Below are positions 18,005 to 34,640 of a DNA stretch of 64,000 bases, in pieces. Below the pieces are notes generated by a model, which saw only the letters and a program-made list of their open reading frames with translations, did no database searches and had not been told where the DNA came from. A program made the position numbers and the translations under genes. How positions within the stretch are numbered: the first letter of the stretch is position 1; each line of letters begins with the position of its first letter. Source of the stretch: the human T2T-CHM13v2.0 reference genome, Homo sapiens. The stretch lies in NCBI RefSeq assembly GCF_009914755.1, contig NC_060942.1; one strand, written 5' to 3'.

Positions 18005-18136
18005 TTATGGCGTGCAACGCTGGACAAATCGAGGGTATAAGCACACGTCTCGGATGTGATACCTATTCAGAATCCACGTTAAGAATCGTTCCAAGCCCAA
18101 GCCATATCCTCCATGGGGACATGTACCGTATTTTCT
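18005..18136 (-). CDS. NARS1: NARS1 exon 14, coding part (132 nt including TAA)
   Basis: RKYGTCPHGGYGLGLERF...YPRFVQRCTP*, class II motif 3. All exons together give 1647 nt in one frame. Confidence 0.96.
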   Translation of the reverse strand, partial: RKYGTCPHGGYGLGLERFLTWILNRYHIRDVCLYPRFVQRCTP

Positions 18137-18707
18137 CTGTTTAAAAAAAGAAAGAAAGAAAGAGGAGTAAATACTTAAGTTAAAACTTTCATCTAAGACA
18201 GTTAAAATTTTCCACCATGAAAGGAGTTAGCTCACTGTGGTTAAGAATTCAACTATGGCCAGATTCAGTGGCTCGTGCCTGTAATCCCAGCACTTAATCT
18301 CTATGCCTTCATGAACCATGCATAAAGAAATAATTTGGTATGAAAAAATCAACCAGGGAATAAGTACTACCCTGGAAAGAAGAGATTTTTAAAAACTTTT
18401 AAAATAAGTCAATGTCTATTTATAAGAGGAAAATGAAGAAGGGTACTAGATACTGGTAGGATCAATTTTTTAAAACTCAGTTGCAATCAACAAGCCGGCC
18501 GTTAAACAGGTTTTCAAATGAAATTAACATATAACTTGGCCAAAACAAAGCTGGCAATATTCACACACCACATTATAACCTGCAAACTGAATATAGCTCA
18601 TTCAAATACCAAAGTACTACCCTGAATTCTCCCCTTTTAAAAATTTCAATATATACAGAACGATTACAGTGGAAAAAAATGTTGAGTACTTAAAAAATTG
18701 GTTTTAC

Positions 18708-18839
18708 CTGATCCGTATACCAGTAATAGGGAGTGGGGTCAATCCCTTCCCTTTTATAACCTGCCAGTATTTCTTCACTATCAAAGATACGCATTGAGCC
18801 TCCCACAATCTCACCAACATTGGGCATCAACACGTCGAC
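18708..18839 (-). CDS. NARS1: NARS1 exon 13 (132 nt)
   Basis: [44 protein letters not shown]. Confidence 0.95.
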
Positions 18840-19164
18840 CTTTAAATATAAGTGAAAGAAGATACACAATTACTATCAAGCGATCAGACACAGCACTGCC
18901 CTAGAGTTTAAATGAAAATTACAATTAAGCTCCAAGGGCTAAAGGAGCCACTATGATCATGTAATATTCAAATGTTTACATTTCTCTAATTTAACAAAGC
19001 ATGTCAACTTCAATCAGGGGAGGGTGAAAAAACCCAACGTCTTTAAATATTGTTATTCTAGATAGAGAATGAAATATTTGGCATGAGCTGTACCTGATTC
19101 CAGATGACAGTCCCCACCCCCTTAAAAAGCAAAATTATTAATACTCTTTGAAACAGAAACTGAC

Positions 19165-19296
19165 AGATTCAGTAAGACGGGAATCCTCAGGACATCGCTG
19201 CATGTAGAAGGACTTGATCTCCACAGGAAATCGACACAGCAAGATTGGTTCATTAATGGTGTCTGTCATCAGTCTCTCAGGAGCTTCTGGGATATC
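19165..19296 (-). CDS. NARS1: NARS1 exon 12 (132 nt)
   Basis: [44 protein letters not shown]; donor GTCAGT. Confidence 0.95.
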
Positions 19297-20941
19297 CTGA
19301 GGTCAAACAAGACTTCATTAACATTTACAACTTGGATCGCAACAAGACAGAAGCAGCTCCTTCACCCTGTACCAGTCCTTCCTCCTATCAATTCAACAGA
19401 GTAGAGGATACACACCTACCCTTAACCCATACACATTTGTGTAAAGAATAATTTCTTTCAAAAAGAAATAAACATATTCTTAAAACTCAGTTATTTAATG
19501 AAGCATAAAAGATCTGTCTCCCTTTACAGCATATCTCAAGCACCATGCTGTTTGATGAAGGAAAATCAAAAAAAAAACAAAAACAAAAGCCAGCCCCAAG
19601 CTGTGACTAGACACAGCTCAGTATTTTTCTCAGTGGCCCGTTTTGTCTAGCTCTGAAGCAAATGAGGTCCACTTAGTCCCGTAAGGCATACGGTAATCAT
19701 GAATGCTCCAGAACATCATTGATCTACACACAGAGTATATTACTAATGACACTTATCTTTAAACTCTCCTGTTATCTACCCTTCTTTCCTGTTGTAATCA
19801 ATCAGTTATGCCTTCGATGACAGACACAATCATAAGACAAATAACCAATGTCAAACTGGTAAGTGTAAGCACACCTGGAATAGTTACCCAAACAATGTTA
19901 GATGATGACTTAAGCGCATCAGTTTCTCTCTCAAAACATCCTTCTATACCACACATAAATTAAAGTTAACACAGAAGTTAAAACTGACAACTCTCGTCCC
20001 AGTAAAAATGGATTGAGAGAACTGGAGAAGACTCATAGATTTGTTTAATGAAGAAGGGAAATGGAGGTAGCAATCACCTAGCACACCTGTTTTCAAGCTC
20101 CAGGCTCTGGAGCCCTTGCGTCCTCGGAGACGCCGAGAGGTAACAGGAGATGAGTGGGAGAGCTCTAGTCTCTCAGCTTGCATCTGCTTTACACAGCGGG
20201 GTTCTGCATAAGATTTAGTTAGGGGAAAACAGGTCTTATTTCATACCCCCCAAAGCCTGAGGGTCATGTATCCACTCTAGTGTCCTCATGTGTGTGGAAC
20301 AGTAGCAATGTATAGTAAATGCTGACAGGCTCCCCCTGCCATTGTCCTGCCTAGGCATTTAGCTCCGGTAGTCCCCACAATCTTGCAAAACAGATGTTAC
20401 TTCCAAGGTAGAGATAAGGAACCTGAGAGGGGGTCACTGGTCTTCAGTTACACAGCACAAAAGAAAAGAGGTGGGAGCTAAGCCCACCTGGGGGGCCTTC
20501 TGACTCCACAGCTTGTGTTCTTTCCACTCAACTACACTATTTTACTAAGTATTAGGAACACTAAAAGTATGCAAGTTCTCAATACAAAATTTTGTCATTA
20601 TACATCATAAACTGAATTCATAGGCTGGGCACAGTGTGGCTCATGCCTATAATCTCAACACTCGGGAGGCCGAGGTGAGAGGACTGCTCGAGGCCAGGAG
20701 TTTGAGACCAGCCCAGTCAACACAGCAATACCTCCATCTCTTTAAAAAAAAAAAACCAAAAAACCAAACTGAATTCACAGAAACAAGAGTGCTTTACATA
20801 GACCCAGTATATTGTTTCACCTATTAATTCCTTCTAAAACCCAAAACTAGTTAGCAGCATCTACACACATTTCAACTGTAAAACAATTAGATGTGCAAAT
20901 ATTATGTAAGTAATGGTTAAATGCACAGGAAAGAGGGCCTA

Positions 20942-21172
<231 letters not shown>

Positions 21173-21472
21173 TCAAGGTTGTAGCCAGCTATGATCGCAC
21201 CAATGCATTCCAGCCTGGACGACAGATGGAGATGCTGTCCCAAATAAAGAAAATTTGCAACCCAAGTGCATGCTGGGAGAGTGGTTCTCAGGCAAAACCG
21301 AAATGCTAAGTTTACCTGGGGCACTAGGCTACCTTCTCCAAGACCTTCTCTCTTGGTTTTGCATTTTTAACCAATGGCTATCTTCTTTCTCGCCTTCCAC
21401 ATTAAGAAGTTTTAAATCACTGTTTTGGGGGAGGGGATGAACCTCTTTTTAAAAGCACAAGATACATTCTCC

Positions 21473-21508
<36 letters not shown>

Positions 21509-21705
21509 CTATATACCAACATTTTGCATGTGATTTCAAAGGCTTCACAACCTTCTAAAGCACTCCTACCAGCCTAGAGAATGATAAAGAGAGCTTATAA
21601 GCTGTGGCCAAGGAAGAACAATGAAGGAAGAGGGAAGAGGCAAAGCATGAGACATGAAGGCAGCTTAGAAACTCACACTTGGCCAGAAGCGGTGGCTCAC
21701 GCCTA

Positions 21706-22056
<351 letters not shown>

Positions 22057-22210
22057 TCAGCGAATCTGCAGGCAACCCAAGAAGCAGGTCCTGCTGTTAC
22101 CATTTATTTGAGGACAGGCAGATGCCACCCATGTTACTAGTTCATTAACCAGAAGAAGAGAATTGGAGCCCAATCCCACCTTGGAAACAATGAGAGAAAG
22201 GGATACATAC

Positions 22211-22324
22211 TTCTCCAAATTCATAGAAAGTTCCATCTTCTTTCTTTACATCATGTTCTTTTAGCCAAACGATAGCATCTGAATAGTTCATCCGTTTGAA
22301 AGGCCGTTTGGGGGGCTGAAAGTT
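22211..22324 (-). CDS. NARS1: NARS1 exon 11 (114 nt)
   Basis: NFQPPKRPFKRMNYSDAIVWLKEHDVKKEDGTFYEFGE; donor GTATGT. Confidence 0.95.
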
Positions 22325-22698
22325 CTACAGAAGAAAGGAAAAATATAATGTGTATATATACATAAATATAAACATTAACACTAAAATTTCCATTAAAAAA
22401 CTATTATAAAGTATTACTTCAGTGAGGTGTGGTGGCTCATGCCTGTAATCCCAGCATTTTGGGAGGCTGAGGTGGGCAGATCACTTGAGGTCAGGAGTTT
22501 GGGACCAGCCTGGCCAACACGGTAAAACCCCATCTCTACTAAAAATACAACAATTAGCTGGGGGTGGTGGTGGGCTCCTGTAGTCCCAGCTACTCAGGAG
22601 GCTGAGGCAGAATCGCTTGAAGCTGGGAGGCAGAGGTTGCAGTGAGCAGAGATCGCGCCACTGTACTTCAGCCTGGCGACAGAGTGAGACTCTGTCTC

Positions 22699-22731
<33 letters not shown>

Positions 22732-22965
22732 CTTCAGACTAGAAAACTATGTAGACATTCCTAAAATGGAAAACATGAGCCTGTTATATAACTGAAAACA
22801 TTATAAAATTATTGACAGTGACTAACATCAAATTCTAGTCTTCAAAATAATTAGTCACTTATTTCAGCTCACCAAGCCATCAAATCTACAAAAACTGAGG
22901 GTGAAGACTTCATTGTCTTCCAAAAAAGGACTGTGACTTTTTCTTTCCATAAACACTGCACCTAC

Positions 22966-23101
22966 CGGGTTGAGCTCATGCACTATGCTCCCTGCAGGTG
23001 ACTTCAATATTCGATCTACCACATCACAAACCAAGTCCTCCAACCGGTTCAGGAGGTCGTCAAAAGTCAGGAAAGGACACTCAGCTTCCACGTGAGTGTA
23101 C
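22966..23101 (-). CDS. NARS1: NARS1 exon 10 (136 nt)
   Basis: YTHVEAECPFLTFDDLLNRLEDLVCDVVDRILKSPAGSIVHELNP; donor GTAGGT. Confidence 0.96.
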
Positions 23102-23483
23102 CTGAAGAACGAGACAATAGCTCAGCACTGCTTTTCTCCTGCACTGGTTTTTTATCCAGCAAGGCTTTTAACATTGGGAAGCTGTCCATAAAATGCCAAC
23201 AATGCTACCAATTCCCAACTTTGCAAATTAGCTGTGGACTCCCCTCTTCTCCACTGAGTAGCAATTTCTTGTTTGCTCCTTTATATATAAAAGATCAAGT
23301 CAAAGTGAAAAAAGAGAACTTAGCTACGATCTAAGGTGGCAAAACTTTGTTATATGTTCTTCCATTAACCACTTAATATATCAGTTGGTTTTTTTTAAAA
23401 CATAAACATAATTTACCTACACTAAGATTTCTTCTCTAAAGATATTACCTAGAAAGAAATAAAACAAAAAGACAACTTCATAC

Positions 23484-23683
23484 TCAGCCAGGTGCCTTCG
23501 TGTTCTGGACTGCTCTGCCCGGTATGACTGAGCAATACAAAAAACATCTCCCAGGGCTGGGAGGCAGGTCTCCAAGTACAACTGAGAGGATTGAGTCAAA
23601 AATGCCTCTTCCCCAAAATAGTCAAGCTTGAAGAGTGTGGCACCACCTTCTACTTGTGTTTGCACTAATGTTGGAGGAGTAAC
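23484..23683 (-). CDS. NARS1: NARS1 exon 9 (200 nt)
   Basis: VTPPTL...[10 protein letters not shown]...[14 protein letters not shown], class II motif 2. Confidence 0.96.
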
Positions 23684-23793
23684 CTGTTCAAATGCAAAGA
23701 AGGAATAAATCAATGCTATCGTGAGCACCACTATTCAAGTTTCAAAACGGCAAAAAACATATTCTTTGCAAAAGCTGACGAATGCATACTTAC

Positions 23794-24015
23794 TTCATAG
23801 TACCCCCTATCAAAGAAGTGATCTCTAAAGCACCTGGTGACCATGGATCGTGCTTTTAGGATTTTGGACATGTTTTCTCCTCGGATCATCATGTGTCTGT
23901 TGTTGAGCTGGACATCAACGTCAGACTCCTCATTGATCAGGTTGTCAGCTCCTCCAGCAGGGGCCAACCCAATTAGTTCCCAGAAGTCACAACTCAGCTC
24001 ATGGCCACCTGGAGC
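23794..24015 (-). CDS. NARS1: NARS1 exon 8 (222 nt)
   Basis: APGGHELSCDFWELIG...FFDRGYYE; donor GTAAGT. Confidence 0.96.
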
Positions 24016-24164
24016 CTGCATTTTTTAAAAGTGGGGTCCAGAGAAAGAGGGAAAAGGAAATAAAAAATTAACAGTATTGAGGATTTTAATTTATGTCAAA
24101 GTTTTGGTAAGCTGAGATTTTTAAGAACCTCCTAATTCTCAGCTTTAGTTTAGTTTTATATTGA

Positions 24165-24452
<288 letters not shown>

Positions 24453-24689
24453 TGATCCGCCCGCCTCGGCCTCCCAAAGTGCTGGGATTACAGGCATGAG
24501 CCACCATGCGCAGCCTGTGCGTTTCCATTTTTAAAAGATATTTGTGTCTGGGCACGGTGGCTCACTGAGGCGGGTGGATAACGAGGTCAGGAAATCAAGA
24601 CCATCCTGGCCAACAAGGTGAAACCCCATCTCTACTAAAAATACAAAATATTAGCCAGGCATGGTGGCGCACGCCTATAGTCCCAGCTA

Positions 24690-24785
<96 letters not shown>

Positions 24786-25076
24786 TCAAAAAAAAAAAAA
24801 AAAAAAAAAAACAATAAAAACAGGCTCAAATTCTAATAAGAAATTCTCTGAACATATTTAGGTGGGTTGTTAAGTTTTTATTTCCATCTGGCTGAAAAGT
24901 AATTCATATATCTACAGCACAGTGGCTATATTATAGCCCATGAGGATGATTCAGGAATTCCGTAAGGCTGGAAATCATTGTATTCTTTTTATCACCTGAG
25001 TTGTACAATGTACATATTTCACTGGAAAAGGCATAGTGAATTTGACATGTACTTCACATTTATTGTATTTATATGC

Positions 25077-25623
25077 TGTGATGGTTAATATTAAGAGTCA
25101 ACCTGATTGGAATGAAGGATACAAAGTATTTTCTGGGTGTATCTGGGTGTTGCCAGAGAAGATTAACATTTAAGTCAGTGGTCTGGGAGAGGCAGACCCA
25201 CCCTCAATGTGGGTGGGCACCACCCAATCAGCTACCAGCCTGGCTAGAAAAAGCAAGAGGAAGAAGGTGGAAGAGCAGACTTGCTAGGTCTTCCAGCCTT
25301 CATCTTCCTCCGGTGCTGGATGCTTCCTGTCATTGAACATCAGACTCCAAGTTCCTCAGCTTTTGGACTCTTGGACTTACACCAGTTCTTTGACAGGGGC
25401 TCCTGGGCCTTTGGCCACAGACTGAAGGCTGCCCTGTCGGCTTCCCTACTTTTGAGGCTTTTGAACTTGGACTCAGCCACTACTGGCTTCCTTGCTCCAC
25501 AGCTTGCAGATGGCCTATCGTGGGACTTCATCTTGTGATCTTGTGAGCCAATTCTCCTTAAAAACTCCCTTTCACATATACATCTATCCTACTAGTTCTG
25601 TCCCTCTGAAGAACCCTAATACA
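25077..25623 (+). mobile_element. MLT2A-type (HERV-L) solo LTR in NARS1 intron 7
   Basis: Starts tgtgatggttaata and ends gaaccctaataca; perfect 5-bp TSD tatgc. Confidence 0.85.
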
Positions 25624-25709
25624 TATGCCAAATGTACAAACAAAGACACTGGAAAACAAACCAATAAATAAACTATTCATTCACCCAGTGCGAAACTCAA
25701 TCCACTCAC

Positions 25710-25796
25710 CTGCTTGCCCTTTGGGGTAAGATTTAGCATTCCATACACTGCAACACTGCTCTCCGTGGACAAGAGAACTCCATTGTAGCACTGACA
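25710..25796 (-). CDS. NARS1: NARS1 exon 7 (87 nt)
   Basis: CQCYNGVLLSTESSVAVYGMLNLTPKGKQ; donor GTGAGT. Confidence 0.95.
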
Positions 25797-27989
25797 CTAT
25801 AAAAAGGTCAAAGCTCAAATTTAGTTATTCACATTGATTTAAAAATTCTACCATATAGAAAGTTAAAGGGATTGTTTACAAACAAGTTATCTGATCAAAT
25901 ACTAGTAAAATAAAGAGTGAGATGGCCACTGATTCTTAATATTAAAATAGATATTTTTGTGGAAGACAGAGGTTTATCTATATATAGACATATACATGTA
26001 AATATATACATATACATGTAAATACACATTTTACATACATGGATAAATGACACTGACCCACATCACTTAAAAATATCTGGACAGTTTATTTATTTATTTT
26101 TAAAAATCTAGACTATTAAAGTAACATACAGGTTAGGCACAGTGGTTCATGCCTGTAATCCCATGAAGGAGGCTAAGTTGAGAGGCTCACTGGAGCCCAG
26201 GAGTTCAAGACCAGCCTGGACAACAAAGGGAGAGATAAATAAAATAAAAATTGGCTGGGTGTGGTGGTTCTTGCCTATAGTCCTAACTACTCGGGAGGCT
26301 GAGGTGGGAGAATTGCTTGGGCCTGGGAAGTCGAGGCTGCAATGAGCTATGATGATGCCACTGTACTCTTTCTGAGAAACCCTGTGTCTCAAAACAACAA
26401 ACAAACAAACAAAACCATACAGAGCCCATCTACACTATAATCACTTCTTACTAAAGTCATTAGGAAAAAACTGATGGGGAACTTTAAAAGGAAGAAGTCA
26501 GGCTGCCAACACCTGAACCCACTAGTCATAAAAAAGACAACTGGCCGGGCACGGCGGCTCACACCTGTAATCCCAGCACTTTCGGAGGCCGAGGCGGGTG
26601 GATCACCTGAGGTCAGGAGTTCAAGACCAGCCTGGCCAACATGGCAAAAACCTGTCTCTACTAAAAATACAAAAGTTAGCTGGGTATGGTGGCATGCACC
26701 TGTAGTCCCAGCTACTCGGGAGGCTGAAGCAAGAGAATCACTTGAATCTGGGAGGCAGAGGTTGCACTAAGCTGAGATCACGCCACTGCACTCCAGCATG
26801 GGTGACAGAGCGAGACTCTGTCTCAAATAAAAAAAAGAAAAAGACAACCACACCTTACATGCCTCTTGACGTGATGCAACTAAAAGAACACAGCTTTGCC
26901 CATGAAGTAGTTGTGCCAAAAAACTGAACCTAATCAGACCTAACCTCCAATTTATAAAAAATGCAGACACTAGAAGAACATGCTAAAGGACACCACAAGG
27001 ATGCAAACAACCAAATCCATAATGTGAGAAGTTCCACAGGACAATCCACCAGGGTTTTCCCAAGAAATACATAGTAATGGGTGGGGAGAGGGGGCGGGTT
27101 GCAAAAGAAGAGAGAATGCAAAGAGAGCAGCAGAGTTATAAAGAAAATTTCAAAGTCATATCACTAAACGCAGCATGTTAGTCTTGTCAGAATCCTCGTT
27201 CAAATCAATCAACTATAAAAAGGCAGTACGAACTGATAACAAGAATCTGGATATTAGATGATATTTAGTAGTTGTATTAATTTGGTGGAGGGTGTGATAA
27301 TAGTAGGTGACTATTATCTTTTTTTTTTTTTTTTTTTGAGACAAGGTTTCACTCTGTTGCCCAGGCTGGAAGGTGGTGGCATCATCTTGGCTCACTGCAA
27401 CCTCTGCCTCCCTGGCTCAAGAGATCCTCCCACCTCAGCCTCCTGAGTAGCTGAGACTACAGATATGCACCACCACACCTGGCTAGTTTTTGTATTTTTT
27501 GTAGAGATAGGATTTCACCATGTTGCCAGGCTGGTCTCAAACTCCTGGGCTCAAGCAGTCTGCCCACTTCAGCCTCCCAAAGTGCCGAGATTACAGGCAT
27601 GAGCCACCATGCCCAGCCACATTATTTTTCTTAGAGATGCATAAGCATGTGTAATTAAATAAAATGATATGATGTCTGAGGGGCAGTATCATACCAGGAT
27701 TAGCCATATATAGGTGGTTACAGAAGCTGGGTGATGGGCATTTGATGATTTTTTATATGGTTCTATTTTGTAATGTGCTGGAAATTTTCCACAAAAGTTT
27801 TCTCCCTCTAGCCTTATTAAGGTATAATAAACAAATAAAAATTGCATGTTTATGGTATACAATGTGATGTTTTGATTCATTGACATTCACTGTCGACATA
27901 ATAAATGTTTTAAATAAATGTATACAAAACAATAAAGGAATCTACTGAAAACATCTAATTTTCAGGCATAAATAAGAGAAAATATTTAC

Positions 27990-28060
27990 CAACTCATCCG
28001 CCAAGACACACTGAAGATAACCTGTACCATCTCGCAACACCAGAAACATTAAATTCTTTC
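27990..28060 (-). CDS. NARS1: NARS1 exon 6 (71 nt)
   Basis: GKNLMFLVLRDGTGYLQCVLADEL; the LRDGTG motif of class IIb synthetases. Confidence 0.95.
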
Positions 28061-28109
28061 CTAAAAAATGAGAAATAATAATTTAGGCAGACTGTTCTCA
28101 AGGCATTAA

Positions 28110-28410
<301 letters not shown>

Positions 28411-28693
28411 TGACTTAATCTTATCTAAAGGAAACTCCACGGTTAAACATTCAAGTTCAGACCTCCCACATGGCTCCCTGCCCCTGAAGTACCCACTGGT
28501 AATACCACTACTCAGTATTTGTAAAATATTTTATTTTCAATGTATTGGACTTTCAAATCCTACATGATCCCCAAGATCCACACAACCAGGGGAAAGCAGG
28601 ACAGAAGGCAACATGAGTTAAGGGATTATGCCTTATCTACCCTTGAGTCCCCTGCAATGCCTGGGGTAGTACTGTGCACTCGGTGATACATAA

Positions 28694-29128
<435 letters not shown>

Positions 29129-29739
29129 TAAATAGTAAAAGTGACATGTTTATATATTATAAAATATATAATAAAAGGGGAAAGAGGAAACAAAATGTCA
29201 GAACCAAGGGAGAATGCAAATATACTGTTTATAAGAGTCAAAACTATGGCCAAGTTTCAGACTCAGATGTCAACCTCCTATAGTAACATCCCTTGATTTT
29301 CACTAAATAATTAAAACTCAACTTGACAAATATTTACTGGACGCATCTTCATCACTATAATTGCTAACCATTAAAAGAGCATTTAAAAATTTTTATACTT
29401 TCAATAGTCATTTTAAACAAGAACAAATTTAAGATATAAATCACTCTATCCTTTAAAGCCAGGTGAGGTGCTATGTGCCTGTAATCCCAGCTGCTCAGGA
29501 GGCTGAGGCAGGAGGATGGCTGGGGGGAGTTCAAGTCTAGCCAGCATACCAAAAAAAAAAAGAGGGCCGGGCGCAGCGGCTCATACCTGTAATCCCAGCA
29601 CTTTGGGAGGCCAAGACAGTGGATCACCTGAGGCCAGGAGTTCCAGAGCAGACGGGCCAACATGGTGAAACACCGTCTCTACTAAAATTACAAAAATCAG
29701 CCAGGTGTGGTGGCAGGTACCTGTGATAACAGCTACTCA

Positions 29740-29901
<162 letters not shown>

Positions 29902-29954
29902 CTAAGAGCAGGGATATTTAAACATTAAAAAGAAGGAAAAGCTTTGCCATTTAC

Positions 29955-30033
29955 CTTGCCTGCGCAGCCTGTGGACCCAGCCAAACACCTTTACTCTTTG
30001 GCCTCTATATCCTTCTAACGCACCAATCTTCAC
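29955..30033 (-). CDS. NARS1: NARS1 exon 5 (79 nt)
   Basis: VKIGALEGYRGQRVKVFGWVHRLRRQ, start of the OB-fold anticodon-binding domain. Confidence 0.95.
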
Positions 30034-30612
30034 CTGTCAAATTGAAATAAACAACATTTGTTCAATAATGTCATTTATACACACCAACTTTTTCACTAAT
30101 ATTAGGCAGACGGTAGTAAGTGTTAAAAATCACAAATGGTGCAAAACTGGAGACAGCCCCTCTACTGCAGCTCAGAACCAAACGCATTTCACTGTATTGG
30201 CATGGTTTAAAACAAAACAAAAAAAAATCCAAGTCTTCTTTCTTAGTGTAAAACTGATAATGAGAAACACCCAGAAGAATTTCAGATATTGCTAGATAAA
30301 ATTAATTAATAAATGAATTCCTTTGTCATAAGTGGAGCACTTGCTTCCCACAACAGCAACAATCCCAGTCCACATGAAGCCTTTTCCATGACCCCACAGT
30401 TCTTCAATACCTTCCAGAACATGGTACTTAAAAGGCTAGCTTTTGTTTGGGGGATGAAGGAGAGAGGAGATGAGTAGAGGAAGGGGCTGTTGCATGTGGC
30501 CAAAAAACCCCAGCTCCATCACTAAGGAAATAATACAAAAATTCATCAGCAATAAGAACTACTGGAAATCTGGCTGGGCGTGGTGGCTCAAGCCTGTAAT
30601 CCCAGCACTTTA

Positions 30613-30896
<284 letters not shown>

Positions 30897-31667
30897 TCAA
30901 ACCATTTTCATTCATAGTCCAGCAATCTATTTGGGTTCCAGAAAGAACAGAAGAAGAGTGAATCTAATTTCACAATTCACAAACTTTTACTCTATTTAAA
31001 TAAAACATGAAAATCATAGATTTCAACCTCTTCATTTTATAAGCAAACTGACACTAGAGAGGGTTAAATCACTTGACCAACATCATGAAGCGTAGCCAGG
31101 CCTGGGTCCCCCATCTGCTGGCATTCAGTTGGGACAGAATTCATTCAACATGCATTTACTCAACTGTGTAATAAAATGAACCCCTAAAGAACTAGCCTCA
31201 TAACTCTAAAACATTATTTCTCTATGTCCCTTCTGAAAGGAAAGTAGGCCAGGCATGGTGGCTCACGCCTGTATTCCCAGCACTTTGGGAGGCTGAGGTG
31301 GGAGGATCCCTTGAGCCCAGGAGTTTGAAACCAGCCCGGGCAATATGGGAGACTGTTTCTACAAAAATTAAAAATAAATAAAAGTTAGCCAGGTGTGGTG
31401 GTGCATGCCTGTGGTCCCCCCTACTTGGGAGGATCGTTAGAGCCCAGGAGGCAGAGGTTACAGTGAGCAGAAACTGCACCACTGCACTCCAGCCTGAGCA
31501 ACAGAGCAAGACCCTGTCTCAAAATAAATAAATTAAAATTTAAAATTAAGAAATAAAAAATAAAAGGAAAGTAGGCCGGGCGCAGTGGCTCACGCCTGTA
31601 ATCCCAGCACTTTGGGAGGTCGAGGTGGGCAGATCACGAGATCGGGAGATCAAGACCATCCTGGCTA

Positions 31668-32083
<416 letters not shown>

Positions 32084-32169
32084 CTAATTTTAATGATGAA
32101 GCAGTTTGTTAACATGGTTGCCAGAGTTCTAACTTTAACAACGTTCACGATGGCAAGGTCAGGACTCAC

Positions 32170-32328
32170 CTCTTTCTTTTCCCGGGATTCACTCTTCATT
32201 TGTTCCCTATGCCACATCTTTTTAATGTTCTTCAACTGTGATTTAGAAATAACATTCCACCTCTCATTTTCTTTTTGTGAATCTACGTAAATGGTAGGAA
32301 ATGGTTCTTTCCCTACTGTCATCAAAGC
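32170..32328 (-). CDS. NARS1: NARS1 exon 3 (159 nt)
   Basis: ALMTVGKEPFPTIYVDSQKENERW...ESREKKE; donor GTGAGT. Confidence 0.96.
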
Positions 32329-32385
32329 CTTGGGTAGGGAGGAGAGAAAAGACAGTTCTTGAACATTGTACAATACTTAAAATCA

Positions 32386-32841
<456 letters not shown>

Positions 32842-33301
32842 TTACAGCAAGTTCGGGTATACACGATACAGTTCCCCAGGAAAAGCAGACTATAAGCAAC
32901 AGATCTTAAGTGGCTGTAGCAACCAGCACAGGTACAAGGACAACAGAAGAGACACCTGACAGCAAAACTCAACTGCAAGTGACATCTAAAAGGTTAGTTC
33001 TCTGTGAGAAATCAGAGAAGTGTCAGACATTTTTGAAACTTTCAACAAAACAATGGTTAAGAACACAAAAAGCGGCCGGGTGCAGTGGCTCAGGCCTGTA
33101 ATCCCAGCATTCTGGGGGGCCGAGGAGGGAGGATCACCAGGTCAGGAGATCGAGACCATCCTGGCTAACACAGTGAAACCCTGTCTCTACTAAAAATACA
33201 AAAAATTAGCCGGGTGTGGTGGCGGGCGCCTGTAGAGCTTGCAGTGAGCTGAGATGGCACCACTGCACTCCAGCCTGGGCGACAGAGAGAGACTCTGTCT
33301 C

Positions 33302-33334
<33 letters not shown>

Positions 33335-33819
33335 ACAAAAAGCTAAACTCATTTAATCTGAAAAACTCCCCCATGTAGAATACCTCTTTTCCCCAATGGG
33401 ACATATCAAGCATTGCTGTGTTATATATCATTTGATAAAATGTATTGTTTGTAGTTTTTAAAAAATAGTTCAAAGTACATAAAAGATGAATATTTTAAAG
33501 CCTCAAATAATCTTTCAAAATCTCTTCCAAGTTATTGAATCAAACAAGAAATGCAGTGAATTATTCTCTGTTGCAAGATCTGCAGCCTGCAAAAACGGAC
33601 TTTTTCTCAGTTCTACGACTGCTGCAGAGAAGGAGGGAATCTGAGGCCGGGCGTGGTGGCTCACACCTGTAATCCCAGCACTTTGTGAGGCCGAGGTGGG
33701 CGGATCACGAGGTCAGGAGATCGAGACCATCCTGGCTAACATGGTGAAACCCCGTCTCCGCTAAAAATACAAAAAATTAGCCGGGTGTGGTGGCGGGCAC
33801 CTGTAGTCCCAGCTACTCA

Positions 33820-33924
<105 letters not shown>

Positions 33925-34012
33925 TCAAAAAAAAAAAAAAAAAAAAATAGAGAAGGAAGGAATCTGGATCTTTTGAAAACATTCAAGGGCTGGGCGTGGT
34001 GGCTCACGCCTA

Positions 34013-34314
<302 letters not shown>

Positions 34315-34388
34315 TTAACAACTAGACATTGTAAGAATACATGTAGGGGCCAGGCGCAGTGGCACACGCCTGTAATCCCAGCACTTTA

Positions 34389-34640
<252 letters not shown>

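Noticed and set aside
18005-19296. The last three NARS1 coding segments are each exactly 132 nt
   Set aside because: The encoded peptides share no visible similarity and the last count includes the stop codon; most likely coincidence.
19944-20183. 79-aa minus-strand ORF with a few CpGs in NARS1 intron 11, a possible cryptic exon
   Set aside because: No strong acceptor/donor pair or recognisable homology could be identified by eye.
23417-24021. ORF-track proteins that extend NARS1 exons 8 and 9 into introns (also 31990-32373 and 22864-23091)
   Set aside because: Real exons read through into intron sequence; canonical splice sites give the complete 548-aa frame.
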